DNA of 64,000 nucleotides. Source: Vulcanimicrobiota bacterium. Its GTDB lineage: Bacteria > Vulcanimicrobiota > Xenobia > Xenobiales > JADMJV01. The stretch is from the NCBI GenBank assembly GCA_050250895.1, contig JBFWNU010000001.1:3044891-3108890 (forward strand). Direction: 5' to 3'. The notes under the pieces were generated by a model. The model was not told the origin of the DNA. It worked only from the letters and a program-made list of their open reading frames with translations, and did no database searches. A program made the translations under genes and the position numbers. Shown here in pieces: positions 37,826 to 47,433 of this stretch. Numbering within the stretch: the first letter of the stretch is position 1; each line of letters opens with the position of its first letter.

Positions 37826-38248
37826 TCAGGCGGCCGAGGCCAGACCGTAGAGTTTTTCGAGCAAAGTGCGCAGCTTGACGGCTGCCTCGGCGGGTTTGAA
37901 TGGCTTCACGATAAAGTACTTGGCGCCCGCATCAATGGCCTTCTTGACGATGTCCTGGTGACCCAGGGAGCTGGCCATCACGATATTCGAGGCGGGGTCG
38001 ATGGACTGCAGTGCCTGCACGACTTCCACGCCACCCATGTTGGGCATCACGATGTCACAGGTTACCAGATCCGGGCGCGTCTTTTTGTAGAGTTCCACGG
38101 CCTGGATTCCGTCGCTGGCTTCGCCGACGACCTCGCCTCCCAGTAGTTTCACGGTAACCCGAAGGGCTTTGAGAATAAAGTCCGAGTCGTCTACCAGCAG
38201 AAACCTGAATGCCGATCCGTCCTTTTTGCGAACCTCCAGGTTGGACAT
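37826..38248 (-). CDS. cheY: CheY-like single-domain response regulator
   Basis: LLVDDS, DLVTCDIVMP, MASS, FIVKPF; divergent from cheA. Confidence 0.85.
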   Translation of the reverse strand: MSNLEVRKKDGSAFRFLLVDDSDFILKALRVTVKLLGGEVVGEASDGIQAVELYKKTRPDLVTCDIVMPNMGGVEVVQALQSIDPASNIVMASSLGHQDIVKKAIDAGAKYFIVKPFKPAEAAVKLRTLLEKLYGLASAA

Positions 38249-38378
38249 GAGTGCGTTCCTCCTAGCTTGAATGCTGATGGCATCATCGGCGCAATTCGAT
38301 TTTCTTTAAGCCCTTAAGCCGTTCGAGGTCGTTCCGATGATAGCTTTGCCGGCCCGGCTGGTGTGAAGGGAGGACTTC

Positions 38379-40934
38379 GTGAACGAATTTGATTCCGAGA
38401 TGCTGACCGACTTTCTGTTGGAAGCTTGTGAACAGCTCGAGATTCTCGATCAGGAGCTGGTCAAACTCGAAGACGCGCCTGAGGACCGAGATTGTCTCAA
38501 TGTCATTTTTCGGGTGATGCACACTCTCAAGGGAGGCGCGGGCTTCCTGGGCCTGGATTGCCTCGAGGGGGTGGCCCACAAAGCCGAGACCGTACTTGAC
38601 ATGCTGCGCGACGGTCGGCTGCAGGTCGACCGCCATGTGATCGATGTCTTGCTCGAGTCGGCGGACGCCATCCGTCAGGTGGTGGCTAGCCTCGAGAACG
38701 ACCAAACCGAGGGAGAACTCGATGTTGGCTCCCTCAAAAGGCGGCTCGACGCGGTAGCAGCCCAGGAGGGTCCGCCCCCCGCGGCCGTGTTCGATGAGGC
38801 TGACGAGGCCGCCGTGGCCAAAGCCCTGGAAATGGCCCAGCTCGAGGACTTTCAGGCCTCGCTGATGGCGGCCCTCGAGGGGTCCCCAGCCTCGCTCCCG
38901 CCGACGCCGGCTGAGGTGGCTGCCGAGAAGTCGGCCAAGAAGGAGGGCGGCGGCAACCAGGTACGGGTGAAGGTCGAGTTGCTCGATAAGCTGATGAACC
39001 TGGTCGGCGAACTGGTGCTTTCTCGCAACCAGATTCTGCAGTTGGCCGGCGGCCTCGAGAGCGTCCAGCTCAACTCGGCCTGCCAGCGCATCAACCTGGT
39101 CACCAGCGAACTGCAAGAGCACATCATGCAAACCCGCATGCAGCCTATCGGAACCGTGCTCAAGCGCTTTCCACGCCTGGTCCGCGATCTGGCCGCCCAG
39201 ACCGGCAAAGAGGTCAGGCTGACTATTGAGGGCCAGGATACGGGACTTGATCGCACCGTGGTCGAGGCCATCAAGGATCCCTTGACCCACATCCTGCGCA
39301 ACTCGATCGACCACGGCCTCGAACCGCCCGAACAGCGAGTGGCAGCAGGCAAGCCACCCCAGGGTAACATCCACATCCGAGCCTATCACGAAGGCGGCCA
39401 GGTCACCATCGAGTTCATCGATGACGGTCGCGGCATCGATCCGGCCAACATTCGCGAGAAGGCCATCGCGCGGGGTGTGCTCACCCGCCAGGAAGCCGAC
39501 ACCATGTCAGACCGCGACCTGTTGAGCATCCTCTTCCGGCCGGGCTTTTCGACCGCGGCCGAAGTCACCAACCTCTCGGGTCGCGGGGTTGGCATGGACG
39601 TGGTCAAATCGTCCACCGAAAAAATTGGTGGTTCCATCGACCTGCAGTCTGCAGTCGGCCAGGGAACCACCGTCAAGATGCGGATCCCGCTCACACTGGC
39701 CATCATCCCAGCCTTGATCGTCGAGACCTCGGGCGAGCGCTACGCCATTCCCCAGGTCAACCTGCAAGAGCTGGTGCGGCTGGAGGGGACCCATACGATG
39801 GATCGGCTCTATGGGGCTGAGGTCTACCGTCTTCGGGGGCAGCTCCTGCCGCTGTTGAGACTGCGCGACCTGTTGGGGCTGTCGCCGGCCGAAGAGTCGA
39901 GCGAGACCAACATCGTCGTGCTCAATGCCGACACCCTGACCTTCGGACTCATCGTAGACGGAGTCTGCGACACCGAAGAGATCGTGGTCAAGCCGCTGGG
40001 CACCGACCTGAAACGACTGCAACTCTATGCCGGCGCCACCATCATGGGCGACGGTCGCATCGCCCTGATCCTGGACGTGGGTGGACTGGCCCGCGCGGCT
40101 GAGCTACGGGTAGACGATCAGCGCCAGACCGAGCGCGAGGCGGTCGAGCAGAAGGCCCGCCGGGCCACTCAGGCCCTGTTGATGTTCAACCTGGGTGACG
40201 ACGAGCGGTTCGTGATTCCCCTGGCACTGGTTTCGCGTCTCGAGGAGTTCGAACGCTCGCGCGTCGAGACCATCTCGGGCCAGCAAGTGGTCCAGTACCG
40301 GGGCAAGTTGCTGCCCTTGATCGACCTGGCCCGCCAGCTTGGATGCGCTGGCGGCATGCACCGAGACGTGCTCCACGTGCTGGTGTTCGAGCGCGAGGGT
40401 CGGGCCCTCGGCCTGATGGTCGAGCAGATCCTCGATGTCATCGAAGACGAGCTGGTCATCGGCCGTACCGGGGCCGAGGGTTTCGGAGTGTTGGGCTCAG
40501 GCATCTTGTGCGGCAAAGCCGTGTCGGTGGTGGATCTCGAGGCCGTGATCTCTTCGGTTCAACCCGATTGGCTGTCGTCTCGCAACGGCAACGGCAAGCG
40601 CTCGCGGCGCGTCCTGTTGGCGGCTGCTCCCAGCTTCACCAGCGCTTTGATTCGTTCCCACCTCGAGACCGACGGCCATCGGGTCTATCAGGTCGAGCAA
40701 CTCGAACTCGCCTTCTCTCGGGTCCAGGACGAGGCCTTCGATTGCTTGCTGTTGGACCCGGCTCTCAGTGGCAGCCGTCGCTACCTCGAGCGCCATCTCG
40801 AGCTGCCTTCGCGAGTGCCGGTGCTGGCGCTCGACAACGGGCAGCGCCTGCCAGGCGTCGAGATGGTGGCAGACACTTCTCGAGATGGGCTGCTGCGCCG
40901 CCTCGAGTCGATTTGTGAAGGAGTGCCGGCATGA
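38379..40934 (+). CDS. cheA: Chemotaxis kinase CheA (Hpt, dimerisation, HATPase, 2x CheW, degenerate REC)
   Basis: IFRVMHTLKG, HILRNSIDHG, DDGRG, GFSTA..SGRGVGMDVV, IPLTLAI. Confidence 0.96.
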   Translation: MNEFDSEMLTDFLLEACEQLEILDQELVKLEDAPEDRDCLNVIFRVMHTLKGGAGFLGLDCLEGVAHKAETVLDMLRDGRLQVDRHVIDVLLESADAIRQVVASLENDQTEGELDVGSLKRRLDAVAAQEGPPPAAVFDEADEAAVAKALEMAQLEDFQASLMAALEGSPASLPPTPAEVAAEKSAKKEGGGNQVRVKVELLDKLMNLVGELVLSRNQILQLAGGLESVQLNSACQRINLVTSELQEHIMQTRMQPIGTVLKRFPRLVRDLAAQTGKEVRLTIEGQDTGLDRTVVEAIKDPLTHILRNSIDHGLEPPEQRVAAGKPPQGNIHIRAYHEGGQVTIEFIDDGRGIDPANIREKAIARGVLTRQEADTMSDRDLLSILFRPGFSTAAEVTNLSGRGVGMDVVKSSTEKIGGSIDLQSAVGQGTTVKMRIPLTLAIIPALIVETSGERYAIPQVNLQELVRLEGTHTMDRLYGAEVYRLRGQLLPLLRLRDLLGLSPAEESSETNIVVLNADTLTFGLIVDGVCDTEEIVVKPLGTDLKRLQLYAGATIMGDGRIALILDVGGLARAAELRVDDQRQTEREAVEQKARRATQALLMFNLGDDERFVIPLALVSRLEEFERSRVETISGQQVVQYRGKLLPLIDLARQLGCAGGMHRDVLHVLVFEREGRALGLMVEQILDVIEDELVIGRTGAEGFGVLGSGILCGKAVSVVDLEAVISSVQPDWLSSRNGNGKRSRRVLLAAAPSFTSALIRSHLETDGHRVYQVEQLELAFSRVQDEAFDCLLLDPALSGSRRYLERHLELPSRVPVLALDNGQRLPGVEMVADTSRDGLLRRLESICEGVPA

Positions 40935-41371
40935 GCAAGATTCAACAATATTGCACCTTCTATCTGGGCGGCAACTGTCTGGGCGTAGATGTCTTGCGGG
41001 TGCAAGAGGTCCTGCGCAGCCAGGAAATGACGCCGGTTCCCCGGGCTCCTGAGGACGTCTTGGGGCTGATCAACCTGCGCGGGCAGATCGTGACGGCCGT
41101 CGACCTCAAACGGCGACTGTCGATGGAAAGCAAGGTCGGTGAGCAGTCGATGAACGTCATCGTGCGCACCCCCGAGGGTCCCGTGAGCTTGTTGGTCGAT
41201 TCTATCGGCGACGTGATCGAGGTAGACTCGAGCACCCTCGAGTCGACTCCCGACACGGTGGCCGCCAGTGCCCGGCGATTTCTGGCCGGGGTCCACAAAC
41301 TCGACGGCGCCCTGCTGGCGGTGCTCGACGTCGACAAACTTTGCGCATCAACCAACGAGGTCGGCTGCTAA
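40931..41371 (+). CDS. cheW: Chemotaxis adaptor CheW
   Basis: VQEVL..TPVPRAP..GLINLRGQIV. Confidence 0.95.
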   Translation: MSKIQQYCTFYLGGNCLGVDVLRVQEVLRSQEMTPVPRAPEDVLGLINLRGQIVTAVDLKRRLSMESKVGEQSMNVIVRTPEGPVSLLVDSIGDVIEVDSSTLESTPDTVAASARRFLAGVHKLDGALLAVLDVDKLCASTNEVGC

Positions 41372-41404
41372 GGCGCCACCCGCATTATTCAACCAGGAGG
41401 AAAG

Positions 41405-43321
41405 ATGGCTACAAAAACAGCGAAAAGCAACGGGAGCCCGCAACACGGAATGCCGGTCGAGGCGGCTCTAGAGGAGGCCAAGGCCAATCAGGCTGCTCTG
41501 ATTCGCGTGGTGGAGAAGATTACCGAGGCTAGCAATCGTCGCGAGGTGATTCAGTTTGCGCTCGACGAAGTGCGGGAGGCTTACGGCTGGGCTTACGGGT
41601 CCTTCTGGGAACACGACCCCAACCGCGACGCCCTGGTGTTTTCTCAAGACTCGGGGACGGTCAACCGCGAGTTCAAGAAGGTGACCGAGTCGGCCTCGTT
41701 TCGTCGAGGCGAGGGGCTCTCGGGAAGAGCCTGGCAGAGCGAGGCTCTGGTCTTCGTGGAGGACATCGGTGAGGTCTCGGATTGCTGTCGGGCCCCTGTT
41801 GCTCGCGAGGCCGGCGTCGTCTCTGGTCTGTGCTTTCCCATCATCGTCAAGGGCCGGGTCATGGGGACGATGGACTTCTTCGTGACCCGGGGAATCGAGT
41901 TGTCGGCCCAAAGACGGGCTGCCCTCGATATGATCGGCCGCCTGGTCTCGACCACCGTCGAGCAGAGGGGTGCCTACGAGCGACTCCACGGGATGGTCGA
42001 AAATTCTCCCACCAACATCATGACGGTAGACCTCGACCTGACGGTAACCTACATGAATCCGGCCTCGATCCGGACCTTGACTCGGCTCGAATCCCATCTG
42101 CCCTGCAAGGCCAAGGCGATCTTGGGTCGCAGCATCGATATCTTTCACAAGCATCCCGAGCATCAACGCCGATTGCTGGCCAATCCCGACAACCTTCCAC
42201 ACAAGGCCCGAATTCGGGTTGGCCCTGAACATCTGGATCTGCTGGTCAGCGCCATGCGCAATGACCTGGGCGAGTATGTGGGCGCTATGCTCACCTGGGA
42301 ACTGATCACCGAGAAGGTCCAACTCGAGGAACGTGAGCGAGAACGCCAGGAGGCCGACCGTCGCACCGCCGAGGAGCTGCAACAAAAGGTGTCGTCCATC
42401 CTCGAGACGGTCCAAGCCTGCAGCCGCGGCGACCTGACTGTGGAAGTGCCCGTGCGGGGCAACGACCCTATCGGTCAGGTCGGTCAGGGGCTAGAAGACT
42501 TCCTTACCCAGCTGCGCAACAGCCTGCGCGAGATTGGCGGAAAGGCCACCATCCTGACCAGCTCGTCCTCCGACTTGAGCAATCTGGCCGGCAAGATGGC
42601 CACCTCGGCCGAAGACTCTTCGGTCCAGGCGACCTCGGCTTCGGCTGCCGGAGAACAGGTCAACCAGAACATCCACACGGTGGCCTCGGCCACTGAAGAG
42701 ATGGCCAGCTCCATTCGAGAGATCTCCAAGAATGCAGGCCAGGCCGCCCGAGTCGCGGCCAACGCCGTGGCCGTGGCCGAGTCGACCAACGACACCATCG
42801 CCAAACTGGGCGAGAGTTCGACCGAAATCGGCAAAGTTATCAAGGTCATCACCTCTATCGCCCAACAGACCAACCTGCTGGCCCTCAACGCCACCATCGA
42901 GGCGGCTCGGGCCGGCGAGGCCGGGCGCGGTTTTGCGGTGGTAGCCAACGAAGTCAAAGAGCTGGCCAAAGAAACGGCCCGGGCTACTGAGGACATCTCG
43001 CGCAAGATCGAGACGATCCAGGAAGACAGCTCGGGTGCTGTCCGGGCCATCGCCGAGATCACCGACATCATCAATCAAATCTCCGACATCGCCAACAGCA
43101 TCGCGGGAGCGGTCGAAGAACAATCCTCCACCACCTCCGAAATCAGTCGCAATGTGGCCGAAGCTGCACGCGGCAGTAACGAGATCACTTCCGCTTTGAG
43201 CCAGGTCGCCTCGGCGTCCGAGAACAGTCGTGCGGGTGCTACTGACACCCTCGCGGCCTCGCGGTCGCTGAGCCAGTTGGCCAACGAGCTCCAGGACCTG
43301 CTGGGGCAATTCCAGACCTAA
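41405..43321 (+). CDS. Soluble methyl-accepting chemotaxis protein (GAF, PAS, HAMP, MCP signal)
   Basis: [12 protein letters not shown]; [15 protein letters not shown]; [34 protein letters not shown]; no TM. Confidence 0.95.
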   Translation: MATKTAKSNGSPQHGMPVEAALEEAKANQAALIRVVEKITEASNRREVIQFALDEVREAYGWAYGSFWEHDPNRDALVFSQDSGTVNREFKKVTESASFRRGEGLSGRAWQSEALVFVEDIGEVSDCCRAPVAREAGVVSGLCFPIIVKGRVMGTMDFFVTRGIELSAQRRAALDMIGRLVSTTVEQRGAYERLHGMVENSPTNIMTVDLDLTVTYMNPASIRTLTRLESHLPCKAKAILGRSIDIFHKHPEHQRRLLANPDNLPHKARIRVGPEHLDLLVSAMRNDLGEYVGAMLTWELITEKVQLEERERERQEADRRTAEELQQKVSSILETVQACSRGDLTVEVPVRGNDPIGQVGQGLEDFLTQLRNSLREIGGKATILTSSSSDLSNLAGKMATSAEDSSVQATSASAAGEQVNQNIHTVASATEEMASSIREISKNAGQAARVAANAVAVAESTNDTIAKLGESSTEIGKVIKVITSIAQQTNLLALNATIEAARAGEAGRGFAVVANEVKELAKETARATEDISRKIETIQEDSSGAVRAIAEITDIINQISDIANSIAGAVEEQSSTTSEISRNVAEAARGSNEITSALSQVASASENSRAGATDTLAASRSLSQLANELQDLLGQFQT

Positions 43322-43327
43322 ACCCCC

Positions 43328-43358
43328 GCCGGGCCCGGGCCGGCGACCCGGGCCCGGC
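43328..43358. other. Strong GC hairpin between mcp and cheY
   Basis: GCCGGGCCCGGG-N7-CCCGGGCCCGGC, no immediate U-tract. Confidence 0.6.
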
Positions 43359-43381
43359 ACAATTTTGGAAGGACCCCGACC

Positions 43382-43774
43382 ATGAAGATACTGGTAATCG
43401 ACGACTCCCGATTCGTTCGCAAACAGATCATCAAGTTTCTCGACGACTTCAGCGCCAGCATCTATGAAGCCGCCGACGGCCAGGAGGCCCTGGATGTCCA
43501 CAAAGTCCAGCAGGTCGACCTCATCCTGACCGACTGGAACATGCCGGTAAAGACCGGGCTGGAGCTGGTGCAGGAACTCAAAGAAGGTCACGTCGAGCGC
43601 GACCCGCCCATCTTGATGATTACCACCAACAATCAGCAGGATGCGATCGTGGCCGCCATCGAGGCGGGTTGCGACGACTTCCTCATGAAACCTTTTGACC
43701 GCGAAGACCTGCACCTGAAGCTTCGCTCGATGTTGGGTGATGACCACCCCATCTTTGGAGGGTGTCATGCCTAG
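43382..43774 (+). CDS. cheY: Chemotaxis response regulator CheY
   Basis: ILVIDDS, LTDWNMP, LMITT, LMKPF. Confidence 0.92.
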   Translation: MKILVIDDSRFVRKQIIKFLDDFSASIYEAADGQEALDVHKVQQVDLILTDWNMPVKTGLELVQELKEGHVERDPPILMITTNNQQDAIVAAIEAGCDDFLMKPFDREDLHLKLRSMLGDDHPIFGGCHA

Positions 43775-44819
43775 TGTTCGTGTGTTGATTGTGGATGACT
43801 CGTCGCTGTTTCGGCGCATCCTCACCACCGTCTTTCGCGCAATCCCCGGGGTCGAAGTGGTGGGCAGCGCGTCCAACGGAGCCGAGGCCTTGCGTCTGGT
43901 CGAGAGCTTGAAGCCCGAGCTGGTTTCCTTGGACCTCGAGATGCCCGAGATGGACGGTCTCGAGACCCTGCGCCGGCTGCGCCTTCTCGACACGCGCTCC
44001 AAGGTGCTGATGGTCAGCGCTCACACCACCCGGGGAGCACGCCGCACTATCGAAGCCCTTTGTTTGGGAGCCGAGGACTTCATCACCAAGCAAAATGCCC
44101 AGGGGGACGCCAGCACCAACCTGGAAGCCCTCAGGGCCCAGCTCGAGCCCAAGGTCGAACAGCTATTTCCTCGCCAGGCCGGTGTCCGGGCTCAGGTCGC
44201 GCGGCGCCCACCTCTCCCCGGTGCCCCCAAGAAGGCCGTGGTGATCGGCGTGTCGACGGGCGGACCAAACGCCCTCTCCGAGGTCTTCTCGACCCTTCCG
44301 GCCGGTCTACCGGTGCCCATCCTGATAGTCCAACACATGCCGCCGACTTTCACCCGCATGCTGGCCGAGCGCCTGTCGGCCAAAGGAAAGATTCCCGTCA
44401 GCGAGGCTCGCGAAGGCGAGCCGATTCTCAACGGACATGCCTACATCGCTCCCGGAGACTTCCACCTCGAGATAGCCGGCGACGCCCGTCGCCCACTGGT
44501 GGCGCTCAGCCAGGGCCCTCGTGAGAACAGTTGCCGTCCGGCCGCGGACGTGCTCTTTCGCTCGGCCGCCCGCGTCTACGGCCGGGACTGTCTGGGTGTG
44601 GTGATGACCGGAATGGGCTCGGACGGCTGTCTGGGAGCCCGCGAGATTCAACGGGTTGGCGGCGAGGTTCTGATTCAGAACGAGGCCACCTGCGTGGTCT
44701 ATGGCATGCCCCGGGCCGTCGCCGAGGCGGCCATTGTCCATGAAAGCTATCCCCTCGACGAGCTGGCCTCGGCCATTACCGAAAGAGCCACCAGGAGGAC
44801 CCAATGGCGCACAGCGTAA
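43767..44819 (+). CDS. cheB: Chemotaxis methylesterase CheB
   Basis: REC domain plus IGVSTGGP, VQHMP, RPAADVLF, MTGMGSDG, VYGMP. Confidence 0.95.
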   Translation: MPSVRVLIVDDSSLFRRILTTVFRAIPGVEVVGSASNGAEALRLVESLKPELVSLDLEMPEMDGLETLRRLRLLDTRSKVLMVSAHTTRGARRTIEALCLGAEDFITKQNAQGDASTNLEALRAQLEPKVEQLFPRQAGVRAQVARRPPLPGAPKKAVVIGVSTGGPNALSEVFSTLPAGLPVPILIVQHMPPTFTRMLAERLSAKGKIPVSEAREGEPILNGHAYIAPGDFHLEIAGDARRPLVALSQGPRENSCRPAADVLFRSAARVYGRDCLGVVMTGMGSDGCLGAREIQRVGGEVLIQNEATCVVYGMPRAVAEAAIVHESYPLDELASAITERATRRTQWRTA

Positions 44820-45631
44820 GACATGAAGACTATGGATTTCTGTGCCGGGTGCTCCACCGCGAGGCCGGCATCAGCCTGGGCGACGATAAGAAATACCTGG
44901 TGGAAGCCCGCCTGGGTGAACTGTGCCGCACCATGGGAGTGGGCAGCCTGGACCAACTAGTATCGCGAGTGCGTGAGGGCCAGGATCCGACCACCCTCAA
45001 GCTGGTGGTCGAGGCGATGACTACCAACGAGACCTCGTTCTTTCGCGACCAGGCTCCCTTCGAGGCTTTACGCGACCGCATCTTGCCTGGCTTGCTGGCG
45101 GCCCGCGCGGCCACCCGGCGGCTGCGGATCTGGTCGGCTGCCTGCTCGACCGGGCAAGAGCCGTATTCGCTAGCCATTACGTTGCTGGACCATTTTCCTC
45201 AACTCCAGGGCTGGGATGTCTCGATCCTGGCCACCGATCTGGCCGAGCAAAAGGTGCTCGAGCGGGCTCAACAAGGCCGCTTCACCCAGCACGAAGTGAA
45301 CCGCGGCCTGCCCGCTCGGATGTTGCTCAATCACTTTGAACAGCGCGATGACGCCTGGTTTGTCAAAGAGCCGACCCGACGGCTGGTCAAGTTCCAGAAA
45401 GTCAACCTTCTGAACATCCCTCGCTGGCTCGGCGAGTTCGACCTGGTCCTGTGTCGCAACGTCCTGATCTACTTCGATGTCGAGACCAAGCAGCAAGTCC
45501 TGGGCCGAATCCATAGTCATCTGGCCAAAGACGGCTATCTGATGATCGGAGCCTCCGAGATCCTCTTCGGAGTCACCGAAAGCTTCCGGCGCGAAACCTA
45601 CGGACGCACCAGCTACTACCTTCGCGACTGA
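44804..45631 (+). CDS. cheR: Chemotaxis methyltransferase CheR
   Basis: TTNETSFFRD, IWSAACSTGQEPYS, CRNVLIYFD. Confidence 0.96.
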   Translation: MAHSVRHEDYGFLCRVLHREAGISLGDDKKYLVEARLGELCRTMGVGSLDQLVSRVREGQDPTTLKLVVEAMTTNETSFFRDQAPFEALRDRILPGLLAARAATRRLRIWSAACSTGQEPYSLAITLLDHFPQLQGWDVSILATDLAEQKVLERAQQGRFTQHEVNRGLPARMLLNHFEQRDDAWFVKEPTRRLVKFQKVNLLNIPRWLGEFDLVLCRNVLIYFDVETKQQVLGRIHSHLAKDGYLMIGASEILFGVTESFRRETYGRTSYYLRD

Positions 45632-45634
45632 CGT

Positions 45635-45972
45635 CTCGGCCTGGCGGCCGACAGGGAGCCTCGGCTTCGCCTCGGAGATTTCGGCCTGGCGGCCGACGGG
45701 GAGCGACGACTTCGTCGTCGGGAAAAGGTGCCGTGCGCTTCGCGCGGAGATTTCGGCCTGCGGCCGACGGGGAGCGCCGACTTCGTCGTCGGGAAAAGGA
45801 GCCGTGCGCTTCGCGCGGAGATTTCGGCCTGGCGGCCGACGGGGAGCGCCGACTTCGTCGTCGAGAGAGCCTGCCTCCCGGCCGAAGGCCGCTCCTTCTC
45901 CCGGCCCAAAGGGCCGCTCCTTCTCCCTCGAGCGCAGCAAGAGCTCCTTCTCCCTGCCCGAAGGGCCGCTCC
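45635..45972. repeat. Repeat cluster family C between convergent genes
   Basis: 3-4 x CGGAGATTTCGGCCTGGCGGCCGACGGGGAGCGCCGACTTCGTCGTCG (~72-bp period), then 3-4 x GCTCCTT(CTCCC). Confidence 0.85.
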
Positions 45973-46818
45973 TTACCGGTCGGGGGACGCTGCCTCGCGG
46001 AGGAGTTCGGCCTTGGTGACCTCGCCCATGGCCAGGGCTTTCACCTTGGGGTCTTTCCAGCTATTGGGCTCGGCGCCGGTGATTTTGTGGACGCCTTTCT
46101 CCATTTTGCGCCAGAAGTTGGTGCGGGTCAAAAGCGGGTTGAACTTGCCGTTGACGATGCAATAGTACTCGTCGAAGGGGTCGGTGTGGTGCTTGGCATG
46201 GTTGGCCGAAGTCTGCGAGATGCCGAGCTTTTGCAGCACCCTGGCCGTCGTCGGCGGATTGGACATGTGTGACCAACGATGAGAGGCCTGGGCCAGCACC
46301 GCGCCTCCGGTGAAGGCCAGTCCGGCGGCCGCCAGCATGGGGTGAGGAGTGAAGATGGCCAGAGCCGCCATCGGGCCCACCATGGCCGTGGCCGCGGGGG
46401 CCACGTTTTCCCAGACACTGACGTGATCCATGCTGGGTGTGTCGTGGTGGTTTTGGAATTCTTTAGCGATACCCCCTACCAACGGGGTGTTCTCGTTGGG
46501 ATAGTTGTCGATGGCCCAGTGGAAGACACCGCTGGTGAAGTCGGCGGCCATCAGGCCGGCGGCAGCGCTGGCCACCACTCCGGCTCCCAGGGCTACTTTC
46601 GCGGCTACCCCCGGGGCCGAGGCGACCTCGGCGGCGATGCGGGCGGCGGCGATGCCACCGGCCAGCACACAACCCGCGCCGGTGATCTTGGCCACGGTCG
46701 CTCGGCGCGAAGTCTGGCCCGGCGAGAAGGTCTCCTGGGGTTCGGCCGGCTGCTCGGGGCGAGCAGGAACGGCGGTCCGCGACGCGGGGGTCGCGCTGGT
46801 GAATTGTGAAATTCGCAT
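45973..46818 (-). CDS. carF: CarF/TMEM189/FAD4-family lipid desaturase with low-complexity leader
   Basis: ADFTSGVFHWAID, FQNHH, SHRWSH, HAKHH, YCIVNG; start ATG 46818. Confidence 0.85.
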   Translation of the reverse strand: MRISQFTSATPASRTAVPARPEQPAEPQETFSPGQTSRRATVAKITGAGCVLAGGIAAARIAAEVASAPGVAAKVALGAGVVASAAAGLMAADFTSGVFHWAIDNYPNENTPLVGGIAKEFQNHHDTPSMDHVSVWENVAPAATAMVGPMAALAIFTPHPMLAAAGLAFTGGAVLAQASHRWSHMSNPPTTARVLQKLGISQTSANHAKHHTDPFDEYYCIVNGKFNPLLTRTNFWRKMEKGVHKITGAEPNSWKDPKVKALAMGEVTKAELLREAASPDR

Positions 46819-46994
46819 TGGTCTCTCTCCGTTGGACCTCTCGTGGAGGTCTCTATCTGTCACCAGAGTAGCCCTTCCCAGCTTAAGGAAGACTGAAAAC
46901 GATGCTGATGCGCCATTGTGTAACGAAAAGTCCACGAAAATTCAATCTTGGCAACGCAATGGCAAGATCTCGGGTGGCGTGGTATGGTGTGAGT

Positions 46995-47345
46995 ATGGCG
47001 ATCGTGACCGTTCCCGTAGTGGTAGCTTCTATTCTGGCGTATCGCTATCTCAGGAAGCGCCGCCGGCGAGGGCGAGCGCTCAAGAAAGAGCCGGGCCTGG
47101 CCCACGCTGCGCTAGCTTTGACGGCCTTTCCGCCCCACACCGCCGAACAGATCATGAAGCAGTTGCCACCACCGGTGGCCCGAGCCCTGGCGCTAGCTAC
47201 CACCGAGCTTCCGTCCATTCAAGAGACCAACCAGCGCAGGGCCCTGTGCGCCCTGCAGCAAGAACTCGGGGAGCAAGACCTGGATCGGCTCGACCCGGCC
47301 GCCCTGGCGGCGGGCATCATCCGGTTGATGCTCAAAGCGGGCTAA
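46995..47345 (+). CDS. Membrane-anchored protein with FliG N-terminal-like domain
   Basis: TM, basic patch, then HAALALTAFPPHTAEQIMKQL...LPSI resembling FliG_N. Confidence 0.5.
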   Translation: MAIVTVPVVVASILAYRYLRKRRRRGRALKKEPGLAHAALALTAFPPHTAEQIMKQLPPPVARALALATTELPSIQETNQRRALCALQQELGEQDLDRLDPAALAAGIIRLMLKAG

Positions 47346-47433
47346 GCCCCAAGCTCGGATAGTGGGGTCCGAGCCTATCGGATGTCGTAGTCGCACCCGT
47401 CCCTCCTCCACACTGAAAGTCGGAGGTGTCCCT

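Noticed and set aside
45170-46272. ORFs across repeat family C
   Set aside because: Translate repeat DNA and overlap cheR/carF
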